A DNA stretch of 64,000 nt from Candidatus Nomurabacteria bacterium (lineage in GTDB: Bacteria > Patescibacteriota > Minisyncoccia > Phycocordibacterales > UBA9973). Both the position numbers and the translations under genes were made by a program. Below the pieces are notes generated by a model. That model made no database searches. It saw nothing but the letters and a program-made list of their open reading frames with translations, and had not been told where the DNA came from. Location: NCBI GenBank assembly GCA_023267435.1, contig JAHFNH010000002.1, positions 88,706-152,705 on the forward strand, given 5' to 3'. Below are positions 56,400 through 64,000 of the stretch, piece after piece (the first letter of the stretch is position 1; each line of letters begins with the position of its first letter).

Positions 56400-56822
56400 A
56401 TGTTAAACATAAATCGTTTCAATAATGAAACTAAGGAAATCATCAATCTGATAATCAATTGTTGGCCAATGCGGTACGCTGGCAAAAATGAAAACGTCCA
56501 AAAAGATATTGAAAAAACGATCAAGAATCTTAAACGGATGAGGAAAGAAAACCTCAATGGTATTCTTAGTCTTGGTGGTTCAATTGAAGAATATCTTGAT
56601 GCACTTGCCATTTGCGAGAAAAACAAAGAATTATTATCACAAGCCATATTTTCAAGCTTTATTGCAGAAAAGAAAAAAATTGAAATGTACCAAAGATTTC
56701 AAAATGCCAAACTTGGTTTAATTGAAGAACTGCTTGAACGTAAACAAATTACTTCCAGAACAGCTCAATACTTAAGACGATGGAAAAGTTTGGGTAAGGG
56801 TTCAGAAAGTTCATTTATTTGA
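56400..56822 (+). CDS. Hypothetical protein (140 aa), TGA stop
   Basis: ORF downstream of module B. Confidence 0.55.
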   Translation: MLNINRFNNETKEIINLIINCWPMRYAGKNENVQKDIEKTIKNLKRMRKENLNGILSLGGSIEEYLDALAICEKNKELLSQAIFSSFIAEKKKIEMYQRFQNAKLGLIEELLERKQITSRTAQYLRRWKSLGKGSESSFI

Positions 56823-56920
56823 TACATGGTTTAAATTAAAGCTCCACAGAAATGTGAGAGCTTTTTTATTTTCCTAAAATATTTGATAATTTACTAAAAA
56901 ATAGCTATTATAGGTTACAT

Positions 56921-56993
56921 GCGCGGTTAGCTCAGTTGGTAGAGCGACCCCTTGACGTGGGGTAGGTCACAGGTTCGAATCCTGTATCGCGCA
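56921..56993 (+). tRNA. trnV: tRNA-Val (anticodon GAC)
   Basis: Hand fold: acceptor GCGCGGT/ATCGCGC, anticodon loop TTGACGT, T-arm ACAGG-TTCGAAT-CCTGT. Confidence 0.85.
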
Positions 56994-57107
56994 CAAAAGG
57001 CTTATTTTTTAAGCATATTAAAGGGCTTGACAAGTTGTATATTATCTGATATACTTGGTTCAGATAAGATCATTAAACCAAAAAACAAGTCCTGCTGAGT
57101 CAAGTAG

Positions 57108-57452
57108 GTGGGCAAAAGAAAAATGAAAAAGAAAGTAAAAGTTTTCGCAATGACCATTGGGTTTTTTGCACTAATTGCATTAGTACAAATAAATTTAGCT
57201 GGAGGGATCACTTCCGATAATATGATTGCTACCGGTGTTTACATGTTTGCTGGAATAGCGTTAGGATTTTTATTATGTTCTCCTTTCAGTAAAAAGGAAG
57301 TAAATAAAGATGTAACTACCGCTATCAGGACAAGTAACAAACCGGTACACTTCAGAGATATCAAATACCGAAACATTAAAGGACAAAGAAATGTGAGAAG
57401 TACTGAAAAATCTTTGCAAGTATCAGAATGTGACATAGCGATGCGAAATTAA
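57108..57452 (+). CDS. Small membrane protein (114 aa)
   Basis: Two TM helices; strong terminator follows. Confidence 0.5.
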   Translation: MGKRKMKKKVKVFAMTIGFFALIALVQINLAGGITSDNMIATGVYMFAGIALGFLLCSPFSKKEVNKDVTTAIRTSNKPVHFRDIKYRNIKGQRNVRSTEKSLQVSECDIAMRN

Positions 57453-57457
57453 AATTA

Positions 57458-57492
57458 GGGGTTCATGAAATAATTCATGAACCCCTTTTTAT
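57458..57492 (+). terminator. Strong terminator (ggggttcatgaaataattcatgaacccc + T-run)
   Basis: 12-bp perfect stem. Confidence 0.85.
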
Positions 57493-57579
57493 TTTGCAAT
57501 TTTTATAAATTTTTATCTTTAAACACTTCCCCTTTCAAAAAAGATCTTATTTTGATAGTATAAACGAACGTTTTAATTA

Positions 57580-58677
57580 ATGACATATATGAAAATACTC
57601 GCAATCGAAACATCCTGCGACGAAACAGGAATAAGTATATTGGAAATAAAAGGAGGAATTAAAAATCCTTCTTTTAGAGTTTTGGCGGACAGCTTGAATT
57701 CTCAAATAAAAATACACGCTCCTTTCGGTGGAGTGTACCCCATGCTAGCCAAAAGAGAACATCAAAAAAATCTTCCGATTTTATTTGAAAGAACATTAAA
57801 AAAAGCGGGTAAAAAAATCGCCTCTTCGGCGATCCGCCGTAGAGGCGGAAAACTATTTGATTTAATAGCTGTCACTTCCGGCCCAGGCCTCGAACCTGCA
57901 CTTTGGACAGGAATAATGTTCGCGCAAGAACTAGCTAAAAAATGGAAAGTTCCCATTGTACCAGTTAATCATATGGAAGGTCATATTCTTTCTGTATTTG
58001 GAAAACAAAAAGGTGAATTCTCCATTCCAAAAATAAAATTCCCTATTCTTTCCTTGCTTGTTTCCGGCGGACATACGGAATTGGTGCTTTCAAAAGATTG
58101 GATGAAATACGAAGTCATCGGCGAGACACTGGATGATGCAGCTGGAGAGGCTTTTGATAAAGTTGCCAGAATGCTCGAACTTCCCTATCCTGGCGGACCG
58201 GAAATTTCAAAGCTGGCAGAACAAGGCAGGAAAACTTTTAAAAATCTTCCGGAAGAAATAAAATTACCTCGCCCGATGATGTACAGTAAAAATTTTGATT
58301 TTTCTTTTTCTGGATTAAAAACTGCCGTATTATACCTAACTCAGAAAATTGGAAAATTAAACGACAAAACTAAAAAGCAGATAGCAACAGAATTTGAAAA
58401 TGCCGTAGTTGAAACTTTAATTTACAAAACAAAAAAAGCTATAGAAAAATACAATATCAAAACAATCGTGGTGGCGGGCGGGGTATCTTCTAATAAACAT
58501 TTAAGAAAAGAAATAAAAAAAATGGTAGGGTTGAAACAAAAAATTCTATTTCCTGGCAAAAAACTTTCTACCGATAATTCTGTGATGATAGGCATAACAG
58601 GATATTTCAGATTTATAAAAAAAGGAAAAAAAATCGGCGCCTCAAAAATAAAAGCTGAAGGATATATGCACCTTTAA
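57580..58677 (+). CDS. tsaD: tRNA N6-adenosine threonylcarbamoyltransferase TsaD (Kae1/Gcp) carrying an in-frame E2-element insertion
   Basis: ILAIETSCDETGISI start and HMEGH metal motif. The 12-aa insert IASSAIRRRGGK sits just before the conserved IAVTSGPG and is encoded by the E2 repeat. Confidence 0.88.
   Translation: MTYMKILAIETSCDETGISILEIKGGIKNPSFRVLADSLNSQIKIHAPFGGVYPMLAKREHQKNLPILFERTLKKAGKKIASSAIRRRGGKLFDLIAVTSGPGLEPALWTGIMFAQELAKKWKVPIVPVNHMEGHILSVFGKQKGEFSIPKIKFPILSLLVSGGHTELVLSKDWMKYEVIGETLDDAAGEAFDKVARMLELPYPGGPEISKLAEQGRKTFKNLPEEIKLPRPMMYSKNFDFSFSGLKTAVLYLTQKIGKLNDKTKKQIATEFENAVVETLIYKTKKAIEKYNIKTIVVAGGVSSNKHLRKEIKKMVGLKQKILFPGKKLSTDNSVMIGITGYFRFIKKGKKIGASKIKAEGYMHL
57815..57852. 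repeat. E2 repeat element, in-frame copy inside tsaD
   Basis: aaatcgccTCTTCggcgatccgccGTAGAggcggaaaa. Confidence 0.85.
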
Positions 58678-58707
58678 AAAATAACTTAAAAATGCTATAT
58701 TATAAGG

Positions 58708-60867
58708 ATGGAAATTAATCCAAAACTGCTAAAACCATACGATCCGGCTGAAACAGAAAGCAACATCTACAGGCTTTGGGAAGAGAGCGGTTTTTTTAAT
58801 CCGGACAATTTGCCCGATGACAGGAAAAATCCTTTTACTATCATAATGCCACCTCCAAATGTGACTGGTGTCCTTCATATGGGTCACGCATTAATGATCA
58901 CTCTTGAAGATATAATGATCCGTTATAAACGCATGCAAGGATATAAAACACTCTGGCTCCCTGGCACAGACCACGCTGCGATAGCCACTCAGTCAAAAGT
59001 TGAAAAAGAAATTCAAAAAAAAGAAGGAAAATCTCGCCATGATTTAGGTAGAGAAGAAATGTTGAAAAGAATAAAAGAATTTGCTCAGCAAAGTCATGAT
59101 ACGATCATCTCTCAAATAAAAACTATGGGCGCATCTTGCGATTGGTCTCGAGAAGCTTTTACTTTGGATGAAAAAAGAAATCTCGCAGTCAATACTGTTT
59201 TCAAAAAAATGTACGACGATGGCATAATCTATCGCGGTAATAGAATTATAAACTGGGATCCGAAAGGACAGACAACTATTTCCGACGATGAAATTGTTTA
59301 CGAAGAACGTACAGCAAAAATGTACACTTTTAAATATTCAAAAGACTTCCCTATTTCAATTTCTACCACTCGTCCAGAAACAAAAGTCGGAGACGTGGCA
59401 GTCGCAGTGCATCCAGAAGATACAAGATACACAAACTTTATTGGTAAAGAATATGATTTAGTATTCTGTGGAGTTCCTATTCACATAAAAATAATTGCAG
59501 ATAAAGAAGTCGATCCAGCTTTTGGTACTGGCGCGCTTGGTGTCACACCCGCACACTCTATGACTGACTGGGAAATAGCTGATAGGCACGACCTCCCTCG
59601 CCCACAAGTTATAAACGAATATGCCAAAATGACAGTAGGTGCAGATAATTTATTGGGCAAGAAAACAACTGAAGCAAGAGAGGTAATTGTAGAATGGCTT
59701 CGCGCAGAAAAACTTTTAGAAAAAGAAGAAGAAATAAAACAAAATATTTCTACAGCTGAACGCACAGGTGGAATCATCGAACCTCTTCCAAAACTTCAAT
59801 GGTTTATAAATGTAAATAAGCCTATCAAAGAACGCGATAATAAGACTCTGAAGGAGTTAATGCGTGAGCCATTAGAAAATGGAAATATAAACATAATTCC
59901 TGATTATTTTTCAAAAACATATTTCCACTGGATAGAAAATTTGCGCGACTGGTGCATTTCAAGGCAGATTTGGTATGGACATCGAGTTCCTGTTTGGTAC
60001 CGTTCGGCTTCGCTCACGGCGAGTCGTGAAGATGAAGTTTACTGCGGAGTAACAGCCCCTGAAGGTGAAAACTGGAAACAAGATGAAGACACATTGGACA
60101 CATGGTTTTCTTCCGGCATGTGGACATTTTCCACGCTCGGTTGGCCAGAACAAACAGCAGACTTAAAAACATATCATCCGACAGATGTACTAGAAACAGG
60201 TAGTGAAATAATTTTCTTTTGGGTTGCTCGAATGATACTCATGAGTGAATATGTTCTTGGAGAAATCCCATTTAAAACTATTTATCTTCACGGCACAGTC
60301 CGCGATGCAAAAGGACGCAAAATGTCGAAATCTCTCGGCAATGGAATCGATCCTATCGATATTGCTCAAAAATTTGGCGCTGATGCTGGACGCATGGCTC
60401 TCGTTACAGGTACGGCTCCAGGCACAGATAGCAGAATAGATGAAAACAAAATAAAAGGTTATAAAAATTTTGCAAATAAAATTTGGAACATTACCCGCTT
60501 CGTCTTAGATAATGTCAGTGAAAATAATTTTGAAAACAATATCCAAAATGATCTAACAGAAGAATTTAAAAAAATATATCAAGACATAACATCAGATATG
60601 GAAAATTATCGTTTTCATATCGCATCAGAAAAAATATATCATTATATCTGGCACAGATTTGCAGATGAAATAATCGAAGAAAGTAAAGAAATAATAAAAG
60701 CTGGCGGTGAAAAAGCTGAAGAAAGAAAAAACGCATTAGTTTCAATTTGGAAAGATTGTCTTAGAACTCTTCACCCATTTATGCCTTTTGTCACCGAAGA
60801 AATTTGGTCGATGATTCCTAAAAAAAATAAAAATCTTTTAATAATAGAGAAGTGGCCAAATGAATAA
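58708..60867 (+). CDS. valS: Valyl-tRNA synthetase (short form, lacking the long C-terminal coiled coil)
   Basis: PPPNVTGVLHMGHAL (HIGH), WLPGTDHAAIATQ, KMSKSLGN. Confidence 0.88.
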   Translation: MEINPKLLKPYDPAETESNIYRLWEESGFFNPDNLPDDRKNPFTIIMPPPNVTGVLHMGHALMITLEDIMIRYKRMQGYKTLWLPGTDHAAIATQSKVEKEIQKKEGKSRHDLGREEMLKRIKEFAQQSHDTIISQIKTMGASCDWSREAFTLDEKRNLAVNTVFKKMYDDGIIYRGNRIINWDPKGQTTISDDEIVYEERTAKMYTFKYSKDFPISISTTRPETKVGDVAVAVHPEDTRYTNFIGKEYDLVFCGVPIHIKIIADKEVDPAFGTGALGVTPAHSMTDWEIADRHDLPRPQVINEYAKMTVGADNLLGKKTTEAREVIVEWLRAEKLLEKEEEIKQNISTAERTGGIIEPLPKLQWFINVNKPIKERDNKTLKELMREPLENGNINIIPDYFSKTYFHWIENLRDWCISRQIWYGHRVPVWYRSASLTASREDEVYCGVTAPEGENWKQDEDTLDTWFSSGMWTFSTLGWPEQTADLKTYHPTDVLETGSEIIFFWVARMILMSEYVLGEIPFKTIYLHGTVRDAKGRKMSKSLGNGIDPIDIAQKFGADAGRMALVTGTAPGTDSRIDENKIKGYKNFANKIWNITRFVLDNVSENNFENNIQNDLTEEFKKIYQDITSDMENYRFHIASEKIYHYIWHRFADEIIEESKEIIKAGGEKAEERKNALVSIWKDCLRTLHPFMPFVTEEIWSMIPKKNKNLLIIEKWPNE

Positions 60868-61552
60868 CGATCCAAAAATTTTAGGCTTGGCACTCTTGGG
60901 TGGAATCGTCCCCGCACTTTTTTGGCTATGGTTTTGGCTCCGTGAGAATAGAGAAAAACCGGAACCAAAAGGCCTTTTAACTATTTGTTTCATTATCGGC
61001 ATGATCGCGGTTATTTTCGTGTTGCCAATCGAAAAATTTCTTCAAACAAATATTCACGTTAATGAATGGCAGATCATCAGCTGGGCCACGGCCGAAGAAT
61101 TAATAAAATATTTGGCTGTTATGACAATTCTTTTTAGAACGTCTTATGTAAAAAATCCCATAGACTGGCCTATTTACATGATAACCGTAGCTTTAGGTTT
61201 CGCTGCGCTGGAAAATATGCTTTTTTTAATAAAACCACTTTCATTAAATCAATCAACTGTAGGACTTTTAACAAGCCAATTAAGATTCTTGGGGTCTACC
61301 TTATTGCATGCCGTATCGAGCGGAATAGTCGGCATTTCTCTCGGACTTTCTTTCTTTATTAAAGATTGGAAAAAAAAATGGTATCTTCTCATGGGACTTA
61401 TACTAGCTATTTCCTTGCATAGTGCCTTTAATTTTTTTATAATGAAGAATAACGGAAGCGATTTTTTGAAAGTCTTCGCTTTCCTGTGGGTCGCAACCAT
61501 TATCAATATGTTACTTTTTGAAAAAATAAGAAGAATGAGCGGAGAATATTAA
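60860..61552 (+). CDS. PrsW-family intramembrane metalloprotease
   Basis: EELIKY, GFAALEN and HAVSSG motifs on a polytopic scaffold. Confidence 0.7.
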   Translation: MNNDPKILGLALLGGIVPALFWLWFWLRENREKPEPKGLLTICFIIGMIAVIFVLPIEKFLQTNIHVNEWQIISWATAEELIKYLAVMTILFRTSYVKNPIDWPIYMITVALGFAALENMLFLIKPLSLNQSTVGLLTSQLRFLGSTLLHAVSSGIVGISLGLSFFIKDWKKKWYLLMGLILAISLHSAFNFFIMKNNGSDFLKVFAFLWVATIINMLLFEKIRRMSGEY

Positions 61553-61569
61553 TTGCTCATAAAAAAAAT

Positions 61570-62049
61570 ATGTTAAATAATAAAAGAAAATCGTTTTTTG
61601 AGAGATTAACAGGAAGTGTTCGTGCTGACGAAGAACAGGAGCAAGAGGAACAGACAAAAAGAGTGTCAGTGCGAGGAGGTCAAAAAATTCCTAGCAACTG
61701 GATGGAAGAAGAAGTTGAAGAAGCTGAGCTCACTGTGGATGTGTATCAGACACCTACAGACATAATTGTGCAGACAATGGTCGCTGGAGTAAAGCCTGAA
61801 GATTTAGAACTCACCATCGCTCGCGATATGATCACTATCCGAGGCAAGCGCGAAGAATCTCGCACAATAGACGAAGATAATTATTTTACAAAAGAACTTT
61901 ATTGGGGTACATTCTCTCGAACGATACTCCTTCCCCAAGAAGTCGACCCCGAAGAAGCTGAAGCGACAGAAAAACACGGTTTACTCACTATAAAGCTTCC
62001 AAAAATAGACAAAGAGAAAAAAACAAGCGTAAAAGTGAAATCTATATAA
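61570..62049 (+). CDS. Hsp20/alpha-crystallin family small heat-shock protein
   Basis: ACD core (…LTVDVYQTPTDIIVQTMVAGVKPEDLELTI…GLLTIKLPK). Confidence 0.88.
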   Translation: MLNNKRKSFFERLTGSVRADEEQEQEEQTKRVSVRGGQKIPSNWMEEEVEEAELTVDVYQTPTDIIVQTMVAGVKPEDLELTIARDMITIRGKREESRTIDEDNYFTKELYWGTFSRTILLPQEVDPEEAEATEKHGLLTIKLPKIDKEKKTSVKVKSI

Positions 62050-62056
62050 CATAAAA

Positions 62057-62283
62057 TAAAAACCCCACCAACTATGTTGATGGGGTTGCCTCTGCGATAG
62101 AGCACAGGTCTAAGCCGATTTAGCCATAAAATCACAAACAGGACAAAATCGGGTCTTTGATCGCGTTCAATGTTTCCCTTGAGAGCGAGAACGCCATTAG
62201 CAATAAGGGGTAACTGTCCAAGTCGTAGAGTTCACTCACGACTATGCTGATCCGTTACATCGATTTACCAGCCCCCATAGATT
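62057..62283 (-). ncRNA. Candidate ~220-nt small RNA: minus-strand promoter from module C (TTGACA-17-TAATCT), ORF-free and GC-elevated, ending at the hairpin + U-run at 62063..62085
   Basis: Promoter and terminator are both oriented for the minus strand; no ORF longer than 21 codons. Confidence 0.4.
62063..62085. terminator. Hairpin (ccccaccaactatgttgatgggg); a U-run follows only on the minus strand
   Basis: 10-bp stem with one mismatch. Confidence 0.65.
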
Positions 62284-62295
62284 AGCATAATTAAC

Positions 62296-62324
62296 TTGAC
62301 TTGTCAATATTTTTATGCTAGTAT
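62296..62324. promoter_or_regulatory. Bidirectional promoter module copy C: TTGACttGTCAA, TGcTAGTAT extended -10 toward gene 62425..62787
   Basis: Same architecture and spacer sequence as modules A and B. Confidence 0.6.
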
Positions 62325-62424
62325 CAGTTTAGATTGAATTTGTTGGATTTTTATCCGTTAAATTAATAAACCCGATATATATTCCCTCAACTTATTTTAT
62401 TTAACCTTTTAAAACTTAAGAAAC

Positions 62425-62787
62425 ATGAAATTTAAAGATATTAATTTTAACTTCGACAAACTTAGGGAAAATTTCCTTTCTTTATTAAAAGAAGAAGTAT
62501 CTCCCCTTTTTGAGAATGCTGTTCAAGATGAACAAAGTAAAGCGGACGATTTTATTAATTACGACATTATTTGGTCCTTCACTGCTAAAAATAAAAGTCG
62601 TGAAGTTACAATAGATTGCACTAAAAACAAAGGAGTGGCTGTTGGTTTTGATAGAGAAAACTCTGATATTTATTACTGTTCTAAAAGCATGAGCGTACTG
62701 GAATTTCAAAGAGTAATTCCTGACATAAAAGCATATCTAAAAAATGGCAAGGTTAATTATGACAAATTTGAAAAACAGGAATTGTAA
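62425..62787 (+). CDS. Hypothetical protein (120 aa)
   Basis: ORF downstream of module C. Confidence 0.55.
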   Translation: MKFKDINFNFDKLRENFLSLLKEEVSPLFENAVQDEQSKADDFINYDIIWSFTAKNKSREVTIDCTKNKGVAVGFDRENSDIYYCSKSMSVLEFQRVIPDIKAYLKNGKVNYDKFEKQEL

Positions 62788-62805
62788 AAATTAAATCTGT
62801 TTTTA

Positions 62806-62837
62806 AAAGCACTGAATCAATCAGTGCTTTTTTAATT
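62806..62837. terminator. Bidirectional terminator (agcactgaatcaatcagtgct) between convergent genes
   Basis: Hairpin plus T-run. Confidence 0.7.
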
Positions 62838-63221
62838 ATCTGCGTGATTTGAAAGGGCTTTTTTTACAATTTTTATAAATTCTTCAGCCTCAATTGATTT
62901 TGGTATGCATCCCAACACCCCCAGCTCTTTTACTGCTTTTTCTTCTTCAATTGATAAATCTACATTAGTTAAGAAAATAATTGGAATATTAGAAGTTTCT
63001 TTTTCCTCTTTTAGTAAACTGGAAGTTTTTATACCATCCATCACAGGCATGTTTATATCCATCAAGATAAGATCTGGTTGAAAGCGTCGTGCTATTTCTC
63101 GTCCCTCATTGCCATCCTTTCCATATAAAACCTCAAATCCAGCAGAAGCTAATTTGGAGCCGAAGAACCGACGATTTATCTCATCTTCATCAACAAGGAG
63201 AATGTGAATTTTTTTATCCAT
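62832..63221 (-). CDS. Stand-alone response-regulator receiver (CheY-like) protein
   Basis: ILLVDEDE…PDLILMDINMPVMDG REC motifs; start set to MDKKIHILLVDED. Confidence 0.8.
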   Translation of the reverse strand: MDKKIHILLVDEDEINRRFFGSKLASAGFEVLYGKDGNEGREIARRFQPDLILMDINMPVMDGIKTSSLLKEEKETSNIPIIFLTNVDLSIEEEKAVKELGVLGCIPKSIEAEEFIKIVKKALSNHADN

Positions 63222-63304
63222 ATTTTTATTATAACAATAAAATTTTAATATGCGAAATAAATTTGCTTTTTCTTGCACACTTTATGTGTTAGATTATTAA
63301 ATAA

Positions 63305-63376
63305 GTCTTCGTAGTTAAATGGATATAACGACTCCGTCCTAAGGAGTAGTTGCAGGTTCGATTCCTGCCGAGGACA
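63305..63376 (+). tRNA. trnR: tRNA-Arg (anticodon CCU)
   Basis: Hand fold: acceptor GTCTTCG/CGAGGAC, anticodon loop GTCCTAA, T-arm GCAGG-TTCGATT-CCTGC. Confidence 0.8.
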
Positions 63377-63473
63377 CAAGAGAAATAAACTGCTTTATTT
63401 CGAGCAGAAATCGAAAAGCTTTTCGTTCTCTGATGAAATCAGAGCGAAAAGGTATACTGTTCCTGTAAGGAAA

Positions 63474-63493
63474 GATTCCTGCCGAGGACACAA
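63474..63493 (+). repeat. 20-bp exact direct repeat of the tRNA-Arg 3' end (gattcctgccgaggacacaa), ~95 bp downstream of the tRNA
   Basis: Identical to 63359..63378. Confidence 0.8.
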
Positions 63494-63536
63494 ATTTAAA
63501 ATTGGCTTTTTATAAGTCTTATGCTAAAATACCATT

Positions 63537-63797
63537 ATGGATCCTGAATCAAAGCAATTACTTGAAAATACATACGCATTATCCGAGGAGAATAATAAAA
63601 TGCTTCACAGCATGAGACGTGCGCAAAAAATCGCATCTTTTATGCGTGTAATGTATTGGATAGTTATTATTGCCATCACTTTTGGATCTTATTATTTCTT
63701 GCAACCATATGTGACGCAATTGCAGAAATTTATGCAGGATTCCGGTGCTAGTATTGATCAATTAAAAAATATAGGTAATTATTTACCTAAAAAATAA
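63537..63797 (+). CDS. Small membrane protein (86 aa)
   Basis: One TM helix; ORF only. Confidence 0.45.
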   Translation: MDPESKQLLENTYALSEENNKMLHSMRRAQKIASFMRVMYWIVIIAITFGSYYFLQPYVTQLQKFMQDSGASIDQLKNIGNYLPKK

Positions 63798-63880
63798 ACA
63801 CGCAAGCCGAGATGACTGTTTTGGTTGATAACGCCAAATAAAGAAAATAAGTTAAAAAGTTTTGAAAATAAAATAAACAT

Positions 63881-63953
63881 GCCGAGATAGCTCAGTTGGT
63901 AGAGCGCTCCCCTGAAGAGGGATAGGTCCCCAGTTCGACCCTGGGTCTCGGCA
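63881..63953 (+). tRNA. trnF: tRNA-Phe (anticodon GAA)
   Basis: Hand fold: GCCGAGATAGCTCAGTTGGTAGAGC…, anticodon loop CTGAAGA, T-arm CCCAG-TTCGACC-CTGGG. Confidence 0.88.
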
Positions 63954-63967
63954 CATAAAAACAATAA

Positions 63968-63998
63968 AAGGCTGACATTAAAAGTGTCAGCCTTTTTG
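63968..63998 (+). terminator. Terminator (ggctgacattaaaagtgtcagcc + T-run)
   Basis: Hairpin after tRNA-Phe. Confidence 0.8.
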
Positions 63999-64000
63999 TT

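Noticed and set aside
63415-63455. CUGAUGA…CGAAA hammerhead-ribozyme-like sequence in the spacer between tRNA-Arg and its 3' duplicate
   Set aside because: The CUGAUGA forms one arm of a simple hairpin (ctctgatGAAatcagag), leaving no room for a separate stem II. It does not fit the hammerhead core topology.
63779-63964. 61-aa minus-strand ORF
   Set aside because: It lies entirely across tRNA-Phe and its terminator, so it is spurious.

Overview
This is an AT-rich, gene-dense bacterial chromosomal segment, mostly housekeeping genes on the minus strand, with the standard genetic code (TAA, TAG and TGA all terminate confidently called genes). The reduced protein forms suggest a small-genome, possibly CPR/Patescibacteria-like organism (inference only). 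The main finds are two families of short GC-rich stem-loop repeat elements inserted both between genes and in-frame inside coding genes.

**Gene content**
- **ATP synthase operon:** complete F1Fo set in the order atpI-like, atpB, atpE, atpF, atpH, atpA, atpG, atpD, atpC.
- **dcw cluster:** mraZ-rsmH-ftsL-ftsI-murF, with GTGGG MraZ boxes upstream.
- **Cell division and translation:** rpsU-ybeY-ftsA-ftsZ-trxB, alr-rseP-frr-holB-like-mreB, prfA, rpmE, rplY, rpmG, gatB, obg, engB, lysS, valS, tsaD, two GreA-family genes.
- **tRNAs:** eight (Trp, Ile, Glu-CUC, Ser, Glu-UUC, Val, Arg-CCU, Phe).
- **Reduced forms:** short ATP synthase delta and epsilon, a GlmU carrying only the uridylyltransferase domain, and a PriA with degenerate ATPase motifs.

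**Most notable findings**
1. Two families of short GC-rich stem-loop repeat elements (called E1 and E2 here) are present. They sit between genes, flanking atpE in the ATP synthase operon, and also in-frame inside coding genes (twice in an FAD-linked oxidase, once in tsaD). Copies differ by compensatory base changes that preserve the stems. This resembles Rickettsia palindromic elements.
2. A duplicated bidirectional promoter module built on a TTGACnnGTCAA palindrome with extended -10 boxes occurs four times, upstream of small hypothetical genes. One copy points into an ORF-free, terminator-bounded stretch that is a candidate sRNA.
3. A secreted-protein expression cassette is flanked by 41-nt direct repeats.
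4. A 20-bp duplicate of the tRNA-Arg 3' end lies about 95 bp downstream of the gene, suggesting an integration-site remnant.
5. A HEAT-repeat protein carries a C-terminal atypical kinase-like domain.
6. A 760-nt stretch between convergent genes has no ORFs.

No CRISPR array, transposase, integrase or rRNA was seen.
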